A DNA stretch of 64,000 nucleotides, taken from an uncultured Poribacteria bacterium. Lineage in GTDB: Bacteria; Poribacteria; WGA-4E; WGA-3G. Position numbers and translations under genes: made by a program. The notes beneath the pieces were generated by a model. That model did not search any database and was not told the DNA's origin. It was given only the letters and a program-made list of their open reading frames with translations. Of this stretch, positions 1 to 8,986 are shown piece after piece (position 1 is the stretch's first letter; every line of letters starts with the position of its first letter). The stretch covers positions 128,001 to 192,000 of the forward strand of contig CATQHZ020000001.1 of the NCBI GenBank assembly GCA_958296135.2, read 5' to 3'.

Positions 1-338
1 ACCATTCTTGAGTCGCGCGTCAAAAATCCACCCTTTTTCAACGCAGATTTCAGGGACTCATCGGCTTTGACGAGGGCGCGCGCGAGGCCATGCGAAATCG
101 CACCCGCTTGTCCCGACTTACCGCCACCCTTCACGTTGACATGAACACCATACTCCCCAACTTTCGCCACATGTTCGATCGGCCGCTGTGCCGACATCCA
201 GTGGTCTGCGCGGTGGAAGTACTCGGTAATCGGTTTTTTATTCACGATAATGCCGCCTTCCGCCCCGGGGATGATTCGGACGCGCGCGACAGATGTTTTC
301 CGCCGGCCAGTCCCCCAGTATTGCTCAATCGTTTCCAT
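1..338 (-). CDS. rpsI: 30S ribosomal protein S9 (3' end runs off the window)
   Basis: Minus strand from ATG at 338 reads METIEQYWGTGRRKTSVARVRI...VNVKGGGKSGQAGAISHGLARAL...GFLTRDSRM, which are S9 signatures; lies downstream of rplM. Absent from the ORF track because it has no stop in the window. Confidence 0.95.
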   Translation of the reverse strand, partial: METIEQYWGTGRRKTSVARVRIIPGAEGGIIVNKKPITEYFHRADHWMSAQRPIEHVAKVGEYGVHVNVKGGGKSGQAGAISHGLARALVKADESLKSALKKGGFLTRDSRM

Positions 339-382
339 GATATTTCCTCTTTTATTCTGCGCATTTCCAAGACGCATCAGCG

Positions 383-662
383 TCCCGTAGGGCGCGGGCT
401 TGTCCCTCGCCATGCCGCGATCTTCCCTCTCCGAAGCATCGCGGGAGACAGTGGACAGCTCTGCAGCGAGGCGGTAGAGATGATAGCGTTAAAGTAAGGT
501 AGCGTGCTTTCGCGAGGCGACACACGCACGTTTGCTGTAGACGTGACCGTGTTTACGCGTGGCGACACACGCACGTTTTCTGTAGGCGTGACCGTGACGG
601 CCCCCGCGCTACGTTCCAAGGGCTGGGTTCGCGCAGGCCTGTGCCTCGCCGTGCCGCGATCA
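383..662. repeat. Composite GTAG-type REP-like element with two 45-bp internal units, between rplM and rpsI
   Basis: CGTAGGGCGCGGGCTTGTCCCTCGCC at about 385, CCCCCGCGCTACG at about 601; internal GGCGACACACGCACGTTT units match those at 34340-34400 and 48560-48960. Confidence 0.85.
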
Positions 663-675
663 TCCGGCAACGCCG

Positions 676-1113
676 TTATAACCCTAAAACTTCCGGCTCC
701 TGTGCCTGATGCGGATGATTCGGGCCGGCGTAGACCTTTAGCCCCTTCATCAGCTGTCTACCGAGGGAATTCTTCGGGAGCATCCCCTTGACAGCATTGG
801 TGATAATGAACTCCGGCTTCACCGCCATCTGCTCGTCGAAGGTGCGGTATTTGTCGCCGCCGGGGTAGCCGCTGTGCCGGAAATAACTTTTCTGCTCCCG
901 TTTATTCCCCGTGACAACCACTTTCTCCGCGTTAATCACTGCGATGCGGAAGCCGAGGTCTGCATGCGGTGTGAACCGCGGATGGTGCTTCCCGCGCAGC
1001 ACCTGTGCAAGGCGCGAAGCCAACCTACCAAGCACCTGTCCATCTGCGTCCGCTACATACCATTTAATCTCTTTATCCGCTTTTGGAAAATAGGTTTTCG
1101 TTTTCAGTACCAT
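676..1113 (-). CDS. rplM: 50S ribosomal protein L13
   Basis: W.VADA.GQVLGRLAS, LRGKH.P.FTPH.D.G, YFRHSGYPGG, AVKGMLPKN.LGR, LKVYAG..HPHQAQ; likely ATG at 1113 (MVLKTKTY) after AAAGGAAAGG. Confidence 0.97.
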   Translation of the reverse strand: MVLKTKTYFPKADKEIKWYVADADGQVLGRLASRLAQVLRGKHHPRFTPHADLGFRIAVINAEKVVVTGNKREQKSYFRHSGYPGGDKYRTFDEQMAVKPEFIITNAVKGMLPKNSLGRQLMKGLKVYAGPNHPHQAQEPEVLGL

Positions 1114-1189
1114 GACTGCCTTTCCTTTAAACGTCGTTTTTGTGGCAGGGAGGCGTGGTTCCGCGTCCTGCCAACACAATCTAAATAGT

Positions 1190-1218
1190 ATTATACCATA
1201 AAAAACGCGATTTGTCAA
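1190..1218 (-). promoter_or_regulatory. sigma70 promoter of rplM-rpsI
   Basis: Minus strand TTGACA-17 bp-TATAAT with TG extension. Confidence 0.8.
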
Positions 1219-1239
1219 ATTTTTTTGTGATTTTTTCCA

Positions 1240-1322
1240 TAGCATCGCGGGGGACAGGCCCCCGTGCTACGGTAAAAGGGGCAGCATCGCGGGGGACAGG
1301 CCCCCGCGCTACGGTAAAAGGG
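1240..1322. repeat. Two tandem REP-like units
   Basis: AGCATCGCGGGGGACAGGCCCCCG(T/C)GCTACGGTAAAAGGG repeated twice. Confidence 0.85.
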
Positions 1323-1470
1323 CTGTGTTTGCGAGTGCCTGTGCCTCTCCCTGCCGAAACCCCTCCCTATGAACCGTAGACGAAAATAAAAACGTCGCCG
1401 CTACGATGCCCTCTACTCTTGACTTGCGAATGCCTTGGCCTCTCATCCTGCACATTTTCCAACATCTCCC

Positions 1471-1499
1471 TTGCAAATCAAAATGTTTTGTGGTATACT
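1471..1499 (+). promoter_or_regulatory. sigma70 promoter of the ArsA-like gene
   Basis: TTGCAA-17 bp-TATACT with TGTGG extended -10. Confidence 0.65.
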
Positions 1500-1558
1500 T
1501 TTAAAGGAAACGGATGCCACTATCAGCAAATTACGTTAAGATAGAATGGATTAAACAC

Positions 1559-2746
1559 ATGCGAATTATTTTTTACACCGGCAAAGGCGGTGTCGGCAAA
1601 ACCACCATCGCCGCCGCAACCGGCATCAAACTCGCGCAACTCGGATACAAAACCATCGTCATCTCGCTAGACGTAGCGCACTCGCTACGCGACGCGTTCG
1701 ATAAAAGCACAACCGCCGAAACGCTCACCCACACCGAAAAGCAGCTGCAGGTAACCGAGAACCTCTGGCTCCAAGAGATTAACGTCCAGGAAGCGATTGT
1801 CGAATACTGGGACGAAGTTTACAACTACATCCGCTCCTTGCTCAACCGGTCTGGGTTAGAAACGCTCGTCGCGGAGGAAATCGCGGTGTTTCCGGGGATG
1901 GAGGAAATCTGCGCGCTCCTCTATATCAATCAATACGTACGCGAGAAGAGTTACGATGTCATTATCCTCGATTGCGCACCGACCGGCGAATCACTGCGGT
2001 TCGTCAGCATTCCGACAACGTTGGAGTGGTACATGAACCGCATCTTTAAATTGGAACGGAAGTTGGCGAGGGTCGCGGGCCCCGTCATTGAACGCGTCAG
2101 CAACGTGCCGCTACCGCGCGATCCCTACTTCCAAAATATCCAAGACCTGTTTGATAAATTGGAAGGCATCGATAGCGTGCTCACCGATCCGAAAATTACG
2201 ACAGTGCGGTTGGTGACGAATCCGGAGAAAATTGTCATCAAAGAGACACAGCGCGCGTTTATGTATTTTTGCTTGTACGGGCTCTGCATCGATGCCGTGG
2301 TCATCAATCGCATTTTCCCCGAAGGCGTGGATACCGAGTATTTTGAACTCTGGAAGCAGACGCAGCAGCACTATATCCGCGAGGCATCCAACTACTTTTC
2401 GGATGTACCGATGTGGAAGGTGAACCTCTTCTCGGACGAGATTGTGGGGCAAGCGGGATTGCAGAAACTCGCAGACACGCTTTACGCGGACATCGATCCC
2501 GCAGAACGATTTTCCGACCGGCGGCCCTATCAATTTCGGAAGAAAGATGGCGCGTATCAGTTGACAATGCAGCTCCCGTTTCTGACGAATAAGGAGATTG
2601 AACTCACCAAGCACGGCGACGAATTAATCGTCACCATCGGCGGCTTCAAGCGGCATGTCGCTTTGCCGCGGAGCCTCGCTAATCGGAGAACGACCGGGGC
2701 GAAATTAGCAGGCGAGCAACTCGTTATCACGTTTGAAACGGGATAA
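1559..2746 (+). CDS. ArsA/Get3-family ATPase with C-terminal alpha-crystallin/HSP20-like domain
   Basis: GKGGVGKTT, S.D.AHSL.D, PGMEE, D.APTGE.LRF, VTNPEK; C-terminal KHGDEL.V.IGGFKR.V.LP beta-sandwich; start MRIIFYTGKGG. Confidence 0.9.
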   Translation: MRIIFYTGKGGVGKTTIAAATGIKLAQLGYKTIVISLDVAHSLRDAFDKSTTAETLTHTEKQLQVTENLWLQEINVQEAIVEYWDEVYNYIRSLLNRSGLETLVAEEIAVFPGMEEICALLYINQYVREKSYDVIILDCAPTGESLRFVSIPTTLEWYMNRIFKLERKLARVAGPVIERVSNVPLPRDPYFQNIQDLFDKLEGIDSVLTDPKITTVRLVTNPEKIVIKETQRAFMYFCLYGLCIDAVVINRIFPEGVDTEYFELWKQTQQHYIREASNYFSDVPMWKVNLFSDEIVGQAGLQKLADTLYADIDPAERFSDRRPYQFRKKDGAYQLTMQLPFLTNKEIELTKHGDELIVTIGGFKRHVALPRSLANRRTTGAKLAGEQLVITFETG

Positions 2747-2794
2747 CGTTCCACAACCGGTACGGGAGATGTAACCCTGCGGGATGAGAAACGT

Positions 2795-3460
2795 ATGCGA
2801 ATCGGAACCGACACTGCCGTCATCACTGTAGCCGGAACGACGTTATTAACGTTCTTAATTGTGAACCAAATCGGCTCACTCTGGGCACTTTACCCGAACG
2901 TTGTGTTCACTATCGGGTGGTTTGGATATTGGATTAGGCGGCGCGGCGAGGCACCGTCGCTGCTCTCACGGTGTCTCTTTTTTGGCATCGCCGCTACCGT
3001 CATCTATCTGCCGATAGACTGGCTGTTTTCGCGGAAAGCGCATCTGATCTTCTACCTTCATTCCGAATTTGAGCGTTTCGGGGCGCCGGTCGCGCTGGTT
3101 TTTACGTGGACAATTTTCGCCGCGCTAAGCTGTTATTTTTATGAGCGGAACGTGATGCTATGGGGGCAACGGTTCGTGGCAGCTGCACTCACCGGGCTCG
3201 GAGCGGGGGTGGGTAGCCTTGTCATCTATCGACTTGGCGATTCGCAGTTATGGGTATGGAATGACATGCGCGTTGGCACGTTTCCGCAGCTTGCAGCCGT
3301 GCCGCTCTTCATGCCCCTCGCGTTTCTGCTCACGTTCTTGTTGTGCCCGTATTACTTTCATCGAGAGCAACACCCTGCTGTCGCCGGGATACGGTGCGGC
3401 ATTTTTATGGGAGCCTTGCAGTTTTTCACGTTTTTAGCTTTTTATCTTTCCGGGAACTGA
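2795..3460 (+). CDS. Hypothetical polytopic membrane protein (about 6-7 TM)
   Basis: 221-aa ORF with repeated hydrophobic helices, co-oriented with its neighbours. Confidence 0.7.
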   Translation: MRIGTDTAVITVAGTTLLTFLIVNQIGSLWALYPNVVFTIGWFGYWIRRRGEAPSLLSRCLFFGIAATVIYLPIDWLFSRKAHLIFYLHSEFERFGAPVALVFTWTIFAALSCYFYERNVMLWGQRFVAAALTGLGAGVGSLVIYRLGDSQLWVWNDMRVGTFPQLAAVPLFMPLAFLLTFLLCPYYFHREQHPAVAGIRCGIFMGALQFFTFLAFYLSGN

Positions 3461-3469
3461 GCCCCCTAG

Positions 3470-3592
3470 CCGCGCTTTCTAATCGCGCCTACGGGACAGA
3501 CCGCGCTTTCTAATCGCGCCTACGGGACAGGGCTGTTGACATGGCGAGGCGAACCCTCCGCGATTCGCAATCGCCGAACCGGCGCCCTACGT
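3470..3592. repeat. Tandem palindromic GCGC(N)GCGCCTAC repeats plus a REP variant
   Basis: CCGCGCTTTCTAATCGCGCCTACGGGACAG twice, then ATGGCGAGG...GCCCTACG. Confidence 0.75.
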
Positions 3593-3622
3593 GCCTTCAG
3601 AAATTATTAGGAATAACAAAAA

Positions 3623-4156
3623 ATGATACGTTCAACAACCATTTTAGCTGTCCGGCTCGGCGACACCGTCGCCATCGGCGGCGATGGGCAGGTAACGCTT
3701 GGCGATGTTACCATCAAACACAGTGCCCGCAAAATCCGACGAATTCATAATGACCAGGTGTTAATCGGGTTCGCCGGGGCCGCCTCTGATGCACTCACGC
3801 TCTACGAAATGTTGGAGAAGAACCTCGAACGATACCGCGGAAATCTGCAAAGAGCCGCTGTCGAACTTGCCAGAGAGTGGCGCACCGCCCGAGCACTCAG
3901 ACGCGTCGATGCACTGCTCATCGCCGTTGATACCGAGGGGAGTTACCTTATCTCTGGCAACGGCGATGTCATCAGCCCGGACGACGATGTCCTCGCCATC
4001 GGCTCCGGCGCACCAAGTGCAATAGCCGCCGCCAGAGCACTGCACGCGCACTCAACTTTGTCCGCCAGCGAGATTGTCATGGAATCCTTGAAGATCACGG
4101 GCGAGATTTGCATTTACACCAATTCTCGCATTGAGGTTGAAACCCTGAAACCGTAG
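3623..4156 (+). CDS. hslV: ATP-dependent protease peptidase subunit HslV
   Basis: [40 protein letters not shown]. Confidence 0.96.
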   Translation: MIRSTTILAVRLGDTVAIGGDGQVTLGDVTIKHSARKIRRIHNDQVLIGFAGAASDALTLYEMLEKNLERYRGNLQRAAVELAREWRTARALRRVDALLIAVDTEGSYLISGNGDVISPDDDVLAIGSGAPSAIAAARALHAHSTLSASEIVMESLKITGEICIYTNSRIEVETLKP

Positions 4157-4275
4157 CCGAGCAGCTTACCCCGGAATCCGAACCCGCCTGTCATACAGGG
4201 AATCGCTCGGAGCCCTTGATGCACCAACCCACGTATCCGACGCTTTGCGCCGAGACGCAAAAGGAGAAACCGAAA

Positions 4276-5811
4276 TTGACGAATGAAAACAAAACCTTAG
4301 ACGATGCCCTCACACCACGGCAGATTGTTGAGGAACTTGACACCTACATCATCGGGCAATTTGATGCCAAACGCGCTGTGGCCATCGCGCTCCGCAACCG
4401 CGCGCGCCGGCAGATGCTAGCCGAAGATATTCAGGACGAAGTCGCACCGAAGAATATCATCATGATCGGCTCAACCGGCGTCGGCAAAACCGAGATAGCG
4501 CGGCGGCTGGCACGGCTCGTCGAGGCACCCTTTATCAAGGTAGAGGCATCCAAGTACACCGAAATCGGTTACGTCGGACGCGATGTGGAATCCATGATTC
4601 GCGACCTCACCGAAATTGCCATCGCCCGCTGCAAGGCGGAACAGACTACCGCCGTTGAAGAGAAGGCGCGCGAATTCGCTGAAGAACGGCTCCTAGACGC
4701 GCTCATCCCCATGCCGCGCTCCCTCCGACGACAGATGGAGGACGCTGACACTCGGCTCCTCTCTATCCTTGATGAAGATGAACCGGACGATGTTGAAACG
4801 AGCGACTCGGAGGATGATGACTCAGACGAGTCGGACATCTTTGATGAACCGATTGACAGCTCAATTGACAGCCCGCCGGAGAGTAGCAAGGAATCCGAGG
4901 AAGATGGCCTCGTCGCGCGGCGCGACCGTTACTACAAGACGCGCGACATGTTCAAAAAGTGGCTCCGCGAGGGAAAAATGGAGGATAAACCGGTCGAAGT
5001 CAACGTCAAACCCCGCAGCATGCCTTTCGTTGAAATCTTTTCACCCGGCGGTATGGAGGAAATGGACATTAACTTCAAGGACATGTTCAGTAGCATCCTC
5101 CCGAATCAGACGAAGAAACGCCGGCTGCCAGTCGCTGAAGCGCGCCAAATTCTCATGCAAGAAGAAGCCGAGAAACTGATTGACATGGACACCGTCATCA
5201 GCGAGGCAATTGAACGCGTGGAAAACGCCGGGATAGTCTTCCTGGACGAGATTGACAAAATCGCCGGACGCGAATCGCGCCAGGGACCCGATGTCTCACG
5301 CGAAGGCGTGCAACGCGACATTCTCCCGATCATTGAGGGCAGCACCGTCGCATCGAAATACGGACCCGTCCGCACACACCATATTTTGTTCATCGCCGCA
5401 GGCGCATTCCACGTCTCCAGCCCGTCTGACCTCATTCCGGAACTGCAGGGCCGATTCCCAATTCGCGTCGAACTCAAAAGCCTCACGCAAGCCGATTTCC
5501 AAGCCATCTTGACCGAGCCGAAGAATGCACTCGTCAAGCAATACACCGCCTTGCTCGAGACAGAAGGAGTCAAAGCCGTCATTACCGATGATGCAATTGA
5601 CGAAATCGCATCACTCGCTTTCCAAGTCAACGAATCGGTGGAGGACATCGGTGCACGCCGACTGCATACCATCATGGAGAAGTTGTTTGAAAACTTGTTC
5701 TTTGATGCACCCGACAGCGGAAGCGGCACCGTGACAATCAATGCCGAATACGTCACCGCCGAACTCGCCGAAATCGTCAAAGACCAGGATTTGAGCAAGT
5801 ATATCTTGTAA
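4276..5811 (+). CDS. hslU: ATP-dependent protease ATPase subunit HslU
   Basis: [76 protein letters not shown]; probable TTG start at 4276 after AAGGAG. Confidence 0.96.
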   Translation: MTNENKTLDDALTPRQIVEELDTYIIGQFDAKRAVAIALRNRARRQMLAEDIQDEVAPKNIIMIGSTGVGKTEIARRLARLVEAPFIKVEASKYTEIGYVGRDVESMIRDLTEIAIARCKAEQTTAVEEKAREFAEERLLDALIPMPRSLRRQMEDADTRLLSILDEDEPDDVETSDSEDDDSDESDIFDEPIDSSIDSPPESSKESEEDGLVARRDRYYKTRDMFKKWLREGKMEDKPVEVNVKPRSMPFVEIFSPGGMEEMDINFKDMFSSILPNQTKKRRLPVAEARQILMQEEAEKLIDMDTVISEAIERVENAGIVFLDEIDKIAGRESRQGPDVSREGVQRDILPIIEGSTVASKYGPVRTHHILFIAAGAFHVSSPSDLIPELQGRFPIRVELKSLTQADFQAILTEPKNALVKQYTALLETEGVKAVITDDAIDEIASLAFQVNESVEDIGARRLHTIMEKLFENLFFDAPDSGSGTVTINAEYVTAELAEIVKDQDLSKYIL

Positions 5812-6019
5812 GAGGCGCAACTCTGGACAAACAGCAACTCTTAAACGATTGAACTCTGCGCAGGGGCAGTAGATTTCCGGGGAGACCGGCGGCACAACCC
5901 GCTCAATAACATTTTGCCGTTGGTGCCATAACTTCAAATCGGCGTGGAGGCCCCGGAAATACGCCGCGCACTCAGTGGAATTGGATGTATGGCACGACAG
6001 ATTTGTATGAAACCGGAGG

Positions 6020-6965
6020 GAAGCGCGCTTCCGTAGGAGAGCCCTCCCGCGTCTCGATTCTTTCCTATCGGCGCGCCCTCCCGCGTCTCGATGTTCGGTC
6101 CCTGTCCCCCGCGTTCTCCCAATCCCCAAACGGCCCCTTTTCACCGTAGCGCGAGGGAAACCCGGCGATCGCGATCTCTCTCGTGCACCAAAACCGTCCG
6201 CGGCCCCGTAGCGCGAGGGCCCGGCGATCGCTAATCGCCGAGGGTTCCCCTCGCGATCGTCCGAACCACACGAACCCCCTTTCACCGTAGCGCGAGGGAA
6301 AACCTGTCCCTCGCGATCCCCCCGACCGCACCAAAACCTGTCCCTCGCGGCGAAAACGTCCCCTTTCACCGTAGCGCGAGGGCCGTTACGCCGAAACGTT
6401 GTCCTCTCTGCCGCCTCGCTGCAGAGATGTCCACTGTCCCTCGCGATCGCCCACGCGATAAGAAGGCCCCCTTTTTACCCTCAGCAATCCTTCGCGCAAG
6501 GCACGGCGAGGGACAGGCCCTCGCCCTACGGATGAAGGCCCCTTTTTACCGTAGCGCGAGGGCCTGTCCCTCGCGATCTCCCGACCTTCAAGAAAGCCCC
6601 CTTTTTACTCGCGCGAGGGCCCGGCGAGGGCCTGTCCCTCGCCCTACGGACGAAGTAGCATTTTCACCGTAGCGCGAGGGCCTGTCCCTCGCGATCTCCC
6701 GACCTTCAAGAAAGCCCCCTTTTTACTCGCGCGAGGGCCCGGCGAGGGCCTGTCCCTCGCCCTACGGCAGCCACCGCTCCCGTCCCTCGCGATCTCTCTC
6801 GCGGCGAAAACGTCCCCTTTCACCGTAGCGCGAGGGAAAACCTGTCCCCCGGTAGGAGAGACTCCCGGTCTCGATTTTTGGTAGGTTCTCCCTCCCGCGT
6901 CTCAATGTATCGGTATCGGGACAAGGATGTCCCTCCTACCGTTGGCGCGTCCTCCCGCGTCTGTT
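6020..6965. repeat. Large cluster of REP-like palindromes, including a 119-bp tandem duplication and CCCTCCCGCGTCTCGAT units
   Basis: More than ten copies or variants of CCGTAGCGCGAGGG...CCCTCGCGAT and CCCTCGCCCTACGG; about 6549-6649 is repeated at about 6668-6767. Confidence 0.9.
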
Positions 6966-6974
6966 CTGTTGCTG

Positions 6975-8393
6975 TCACATCAACGTCGCTGTCCGCAAGA
7001 TAATCCGATCTTCTGTCCAATTATCGCGATACCACGTGCATGCCTCAAACGTATCGTTGAGTGCCGCCATGCGTGCTTTCAACATGGCGCGGAATTCCTC
7101 TCGGAGGGTTACAGATGCGGGCGCATTAATGAGATTGCGCGTTTGAAACGGATCTGCGACGTTATCAAAGAGTTTCTCGCTGCGATCGGCGCGGTGAACG
7201 GCGTAGGTGTGCCGCTTGGTGCGCAGCGCGCGCCACTCGTAGCCATCTTCCCACTTCGCCGTGCATCCCATGCCTTGCATAAAGGCGGCAACCGGTTCAT
7301 CGGTTTGTTCAGTGCCTTGTGCTGCTTGCCCCAAATCTGCCCCTTCAACTTCGTCAGGGATCGGCAGGTTCAGGAGTGAGAGGAGCGTCGGCATGATGTC
7401 CGGTGTGTTGAGGCAGGCATCGGCGACATGTCCTTCTGGAATCTGCCCCGGCCATCGGATGAGAAACGGGATGCGCACTGCTTCTTCATAAAAAATGTTC
7501 TTCGCGCGGCGGCCCTGCGCGCCGAACATTTCACCGTGGTCGGACGTGAAAACGAAGAGGGTATCGTCGCGCAGCCCGAGTTCATTGATGGCGCGCAGCA
7601 ACCTGCCGAGCTGCCTATCTAGATGCGTCGTCATAGCGTAATAGACGCGCATCCATTCGGGTAGATTGACACGTTCTGTCGGCGACAGCTGCGCCCACGT
7701 GTCGCCGAGCCGGTCATTTTCGTTGCGATAATTGGGCGGCCGCGGGAAGTCAACGTCTCGGAAGAGCTCATAATCGGCGGTGGGCACATTGTCTTGTGCC
7801 CACGGGTCATGCGGTGTTCCGATGGAGAGGAACAGCGCGAACGGCTTATCGCGCGATGCTTTTTGCAACGCCGTAATCGCCATATCGGTTTGCCCCTCCG
7901 GTTCATAGCCGGGAAGCATAAGTTTTTCCGGCGAATCTCGGTGGTAATACGCGTCAAAATAGCGGTGATGGAAATTGTAGGCCGCCCAGTCTCCATCAAA
8001 ACCGAGCCGATGCGGCCCCGGCGGGATGTAAGAATTCCTCGGGTCATCGTGATTTCCGAGTTGATTCGCCCACAGGTGCCATTTGCCGATATAGCTCGTC
8101 TGGTATCCGTTCCGATGCAGCACATGGCCGAGGCAGTCGTGATTCGGGTTCATCCGGAGTTCGTTAATCGCCATGCCGGTGCTACTCGCATATTTCCCGG
8201 TGAAGAGTGAGGCGCGATACGGTGCACACATCGGGCTGCCGGAGACAGCGTTGCAGAAATTCGCGCCTTCTGAGGCGAGTCTATCCATATTCGGCGTGCG
8301 CGCCTTTGCATCGCCTGCATAGCCGCACGATTGATACCGCAGCTGATCGGCGAAGACATAGACGAGATTCGGCTGATTGGGTGATGAAGACAT
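6975..8393 (-). CDS. Sulfatase (formylglycine-dependent, Cys type)
   Basis: PNL..VFADQ, CAPYRASLFTG (CxPxR), GKWHL, PHDP, FTSDHGEM. Confidence 0.93.
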   Translation of the reverse strand: MSSSPNQPNLVYVFADQLRYQSCGYAGDAKARTPNMDRLASEGANFCNAVSGSPMCAPYRASLFTGKYASSTGMAINELRMNPNHDCLGHVLHRNGYQTSYIGKWHLWANQLGNHDDPRNSYIPPGPHRLGFDGDWAAYNFHHRYFDAYYHRDSPEKLMLPGYEPEGQTDMAITALQKASRDKPFALFLSIGTPHDPWAQDNVPTADYELFRDVDFPRPPNYRNENDRLGDTWAQLSPTERVNLPEWMRVYYAMTTHLDRQLGRLLRAINELGLRDDTLFVFTSDHGEMFGAQGRRAKNIFYEEAVRIPFLIRWPGQIPEGHVADACLNTPDIMPTLLSLLNLPIPDEVEGADLGQAAQGTEQTDEPVAAFMQGMGCTAKWEDGYEWRALRTKRHTYAVHRADRSEKLFDNVADPFQTRNLINAPASVTLREEFRAMLKARMAALNDTFEACTWYRDNWTEDRIILRTATLM

Positions 8394-8419
8394 ATTGGTT
8401 CCTCATGAATTCTTTTCTT

Positions 8420-8835
8420 GTGGTTCGCCCTCCTGGTCTCGATTCTTGGTAGGTTCTCCCTCGCGGTCTCGATTTTTCGGTGCCTGTCCCCGCGTTCTCC
8501 CGCGCAGCGACAACCGCCCCTTTTCACCGTAGCGCGCGGGAAAACCCGGCGAGCGCGAATCGCCGAGGGTTCCCCACGCGATCTCTCTCGTGCGGCGAAA
8601 CCGTCCGCGGCCCCGTAGCGCGAGGGCCCGGCGATCGCGAATCGCCGAGGGTTCCCCTCGCGCTCGGTGCATGGCGAGGGACAGTGGACATCTCTGCCGC
8701 CTCGCTGCAGAGATGACAAAGTTTCGGCGTAACGGCCCTCGCCCTACGGTGTCCCCGGGTCCGTATCGGGACAAGGATGTCCCTCCTACCGTTGGCGTGC
8801 CCTCCCGCGTCTCGATGCCTTCTCCCGCGTCTCGA
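8420..8835. repeat. REP-like repeat cluster
   Basis: Same modules as 6020-6965, including GTATCGGGACAAGGATGTCCCTCCTACCGTTGGCG. Confidence 0.88.
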
Positions 8836-8986
8836 TAGTGAACCGATGTATAATTCATTGTAGCACAAAAAAGTCAAAAACGTGCAAGTTTTCTGTAACA
8901 TCTTTGTCGTATCCCTAACCGAAAGCTATCAGAATTTGCGTAAATCCTGTATAATGTCCCCAATTGTAAGGTAAGGAGTCTTTTTC

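Noticed and set aside
1143-1173. Hairpin in the rplM leader as an L13-type autoregulatory RNA
   Set aside because: A GGCAGG/CCTGCC stem is visible, but it cannot be assigned to a known leader family without covariation analysis.
1559-2746. Arsenic resistance operon
   Set aside because: Single ATPase domain with HSP20-like tail and no arsB/acr3, arsC, arsD or arsR nearby.
5611-7020. Arg/Gly/Pro-rich ORFs over repeat clusters (also 8150-8901, 11863-12353, 31989-32917, 34073-34970, 48680-49107)
   Set aside because: They are translations of GC-rich palindromic repeats, open in several frames on both strands, with no RBS or domain signal.
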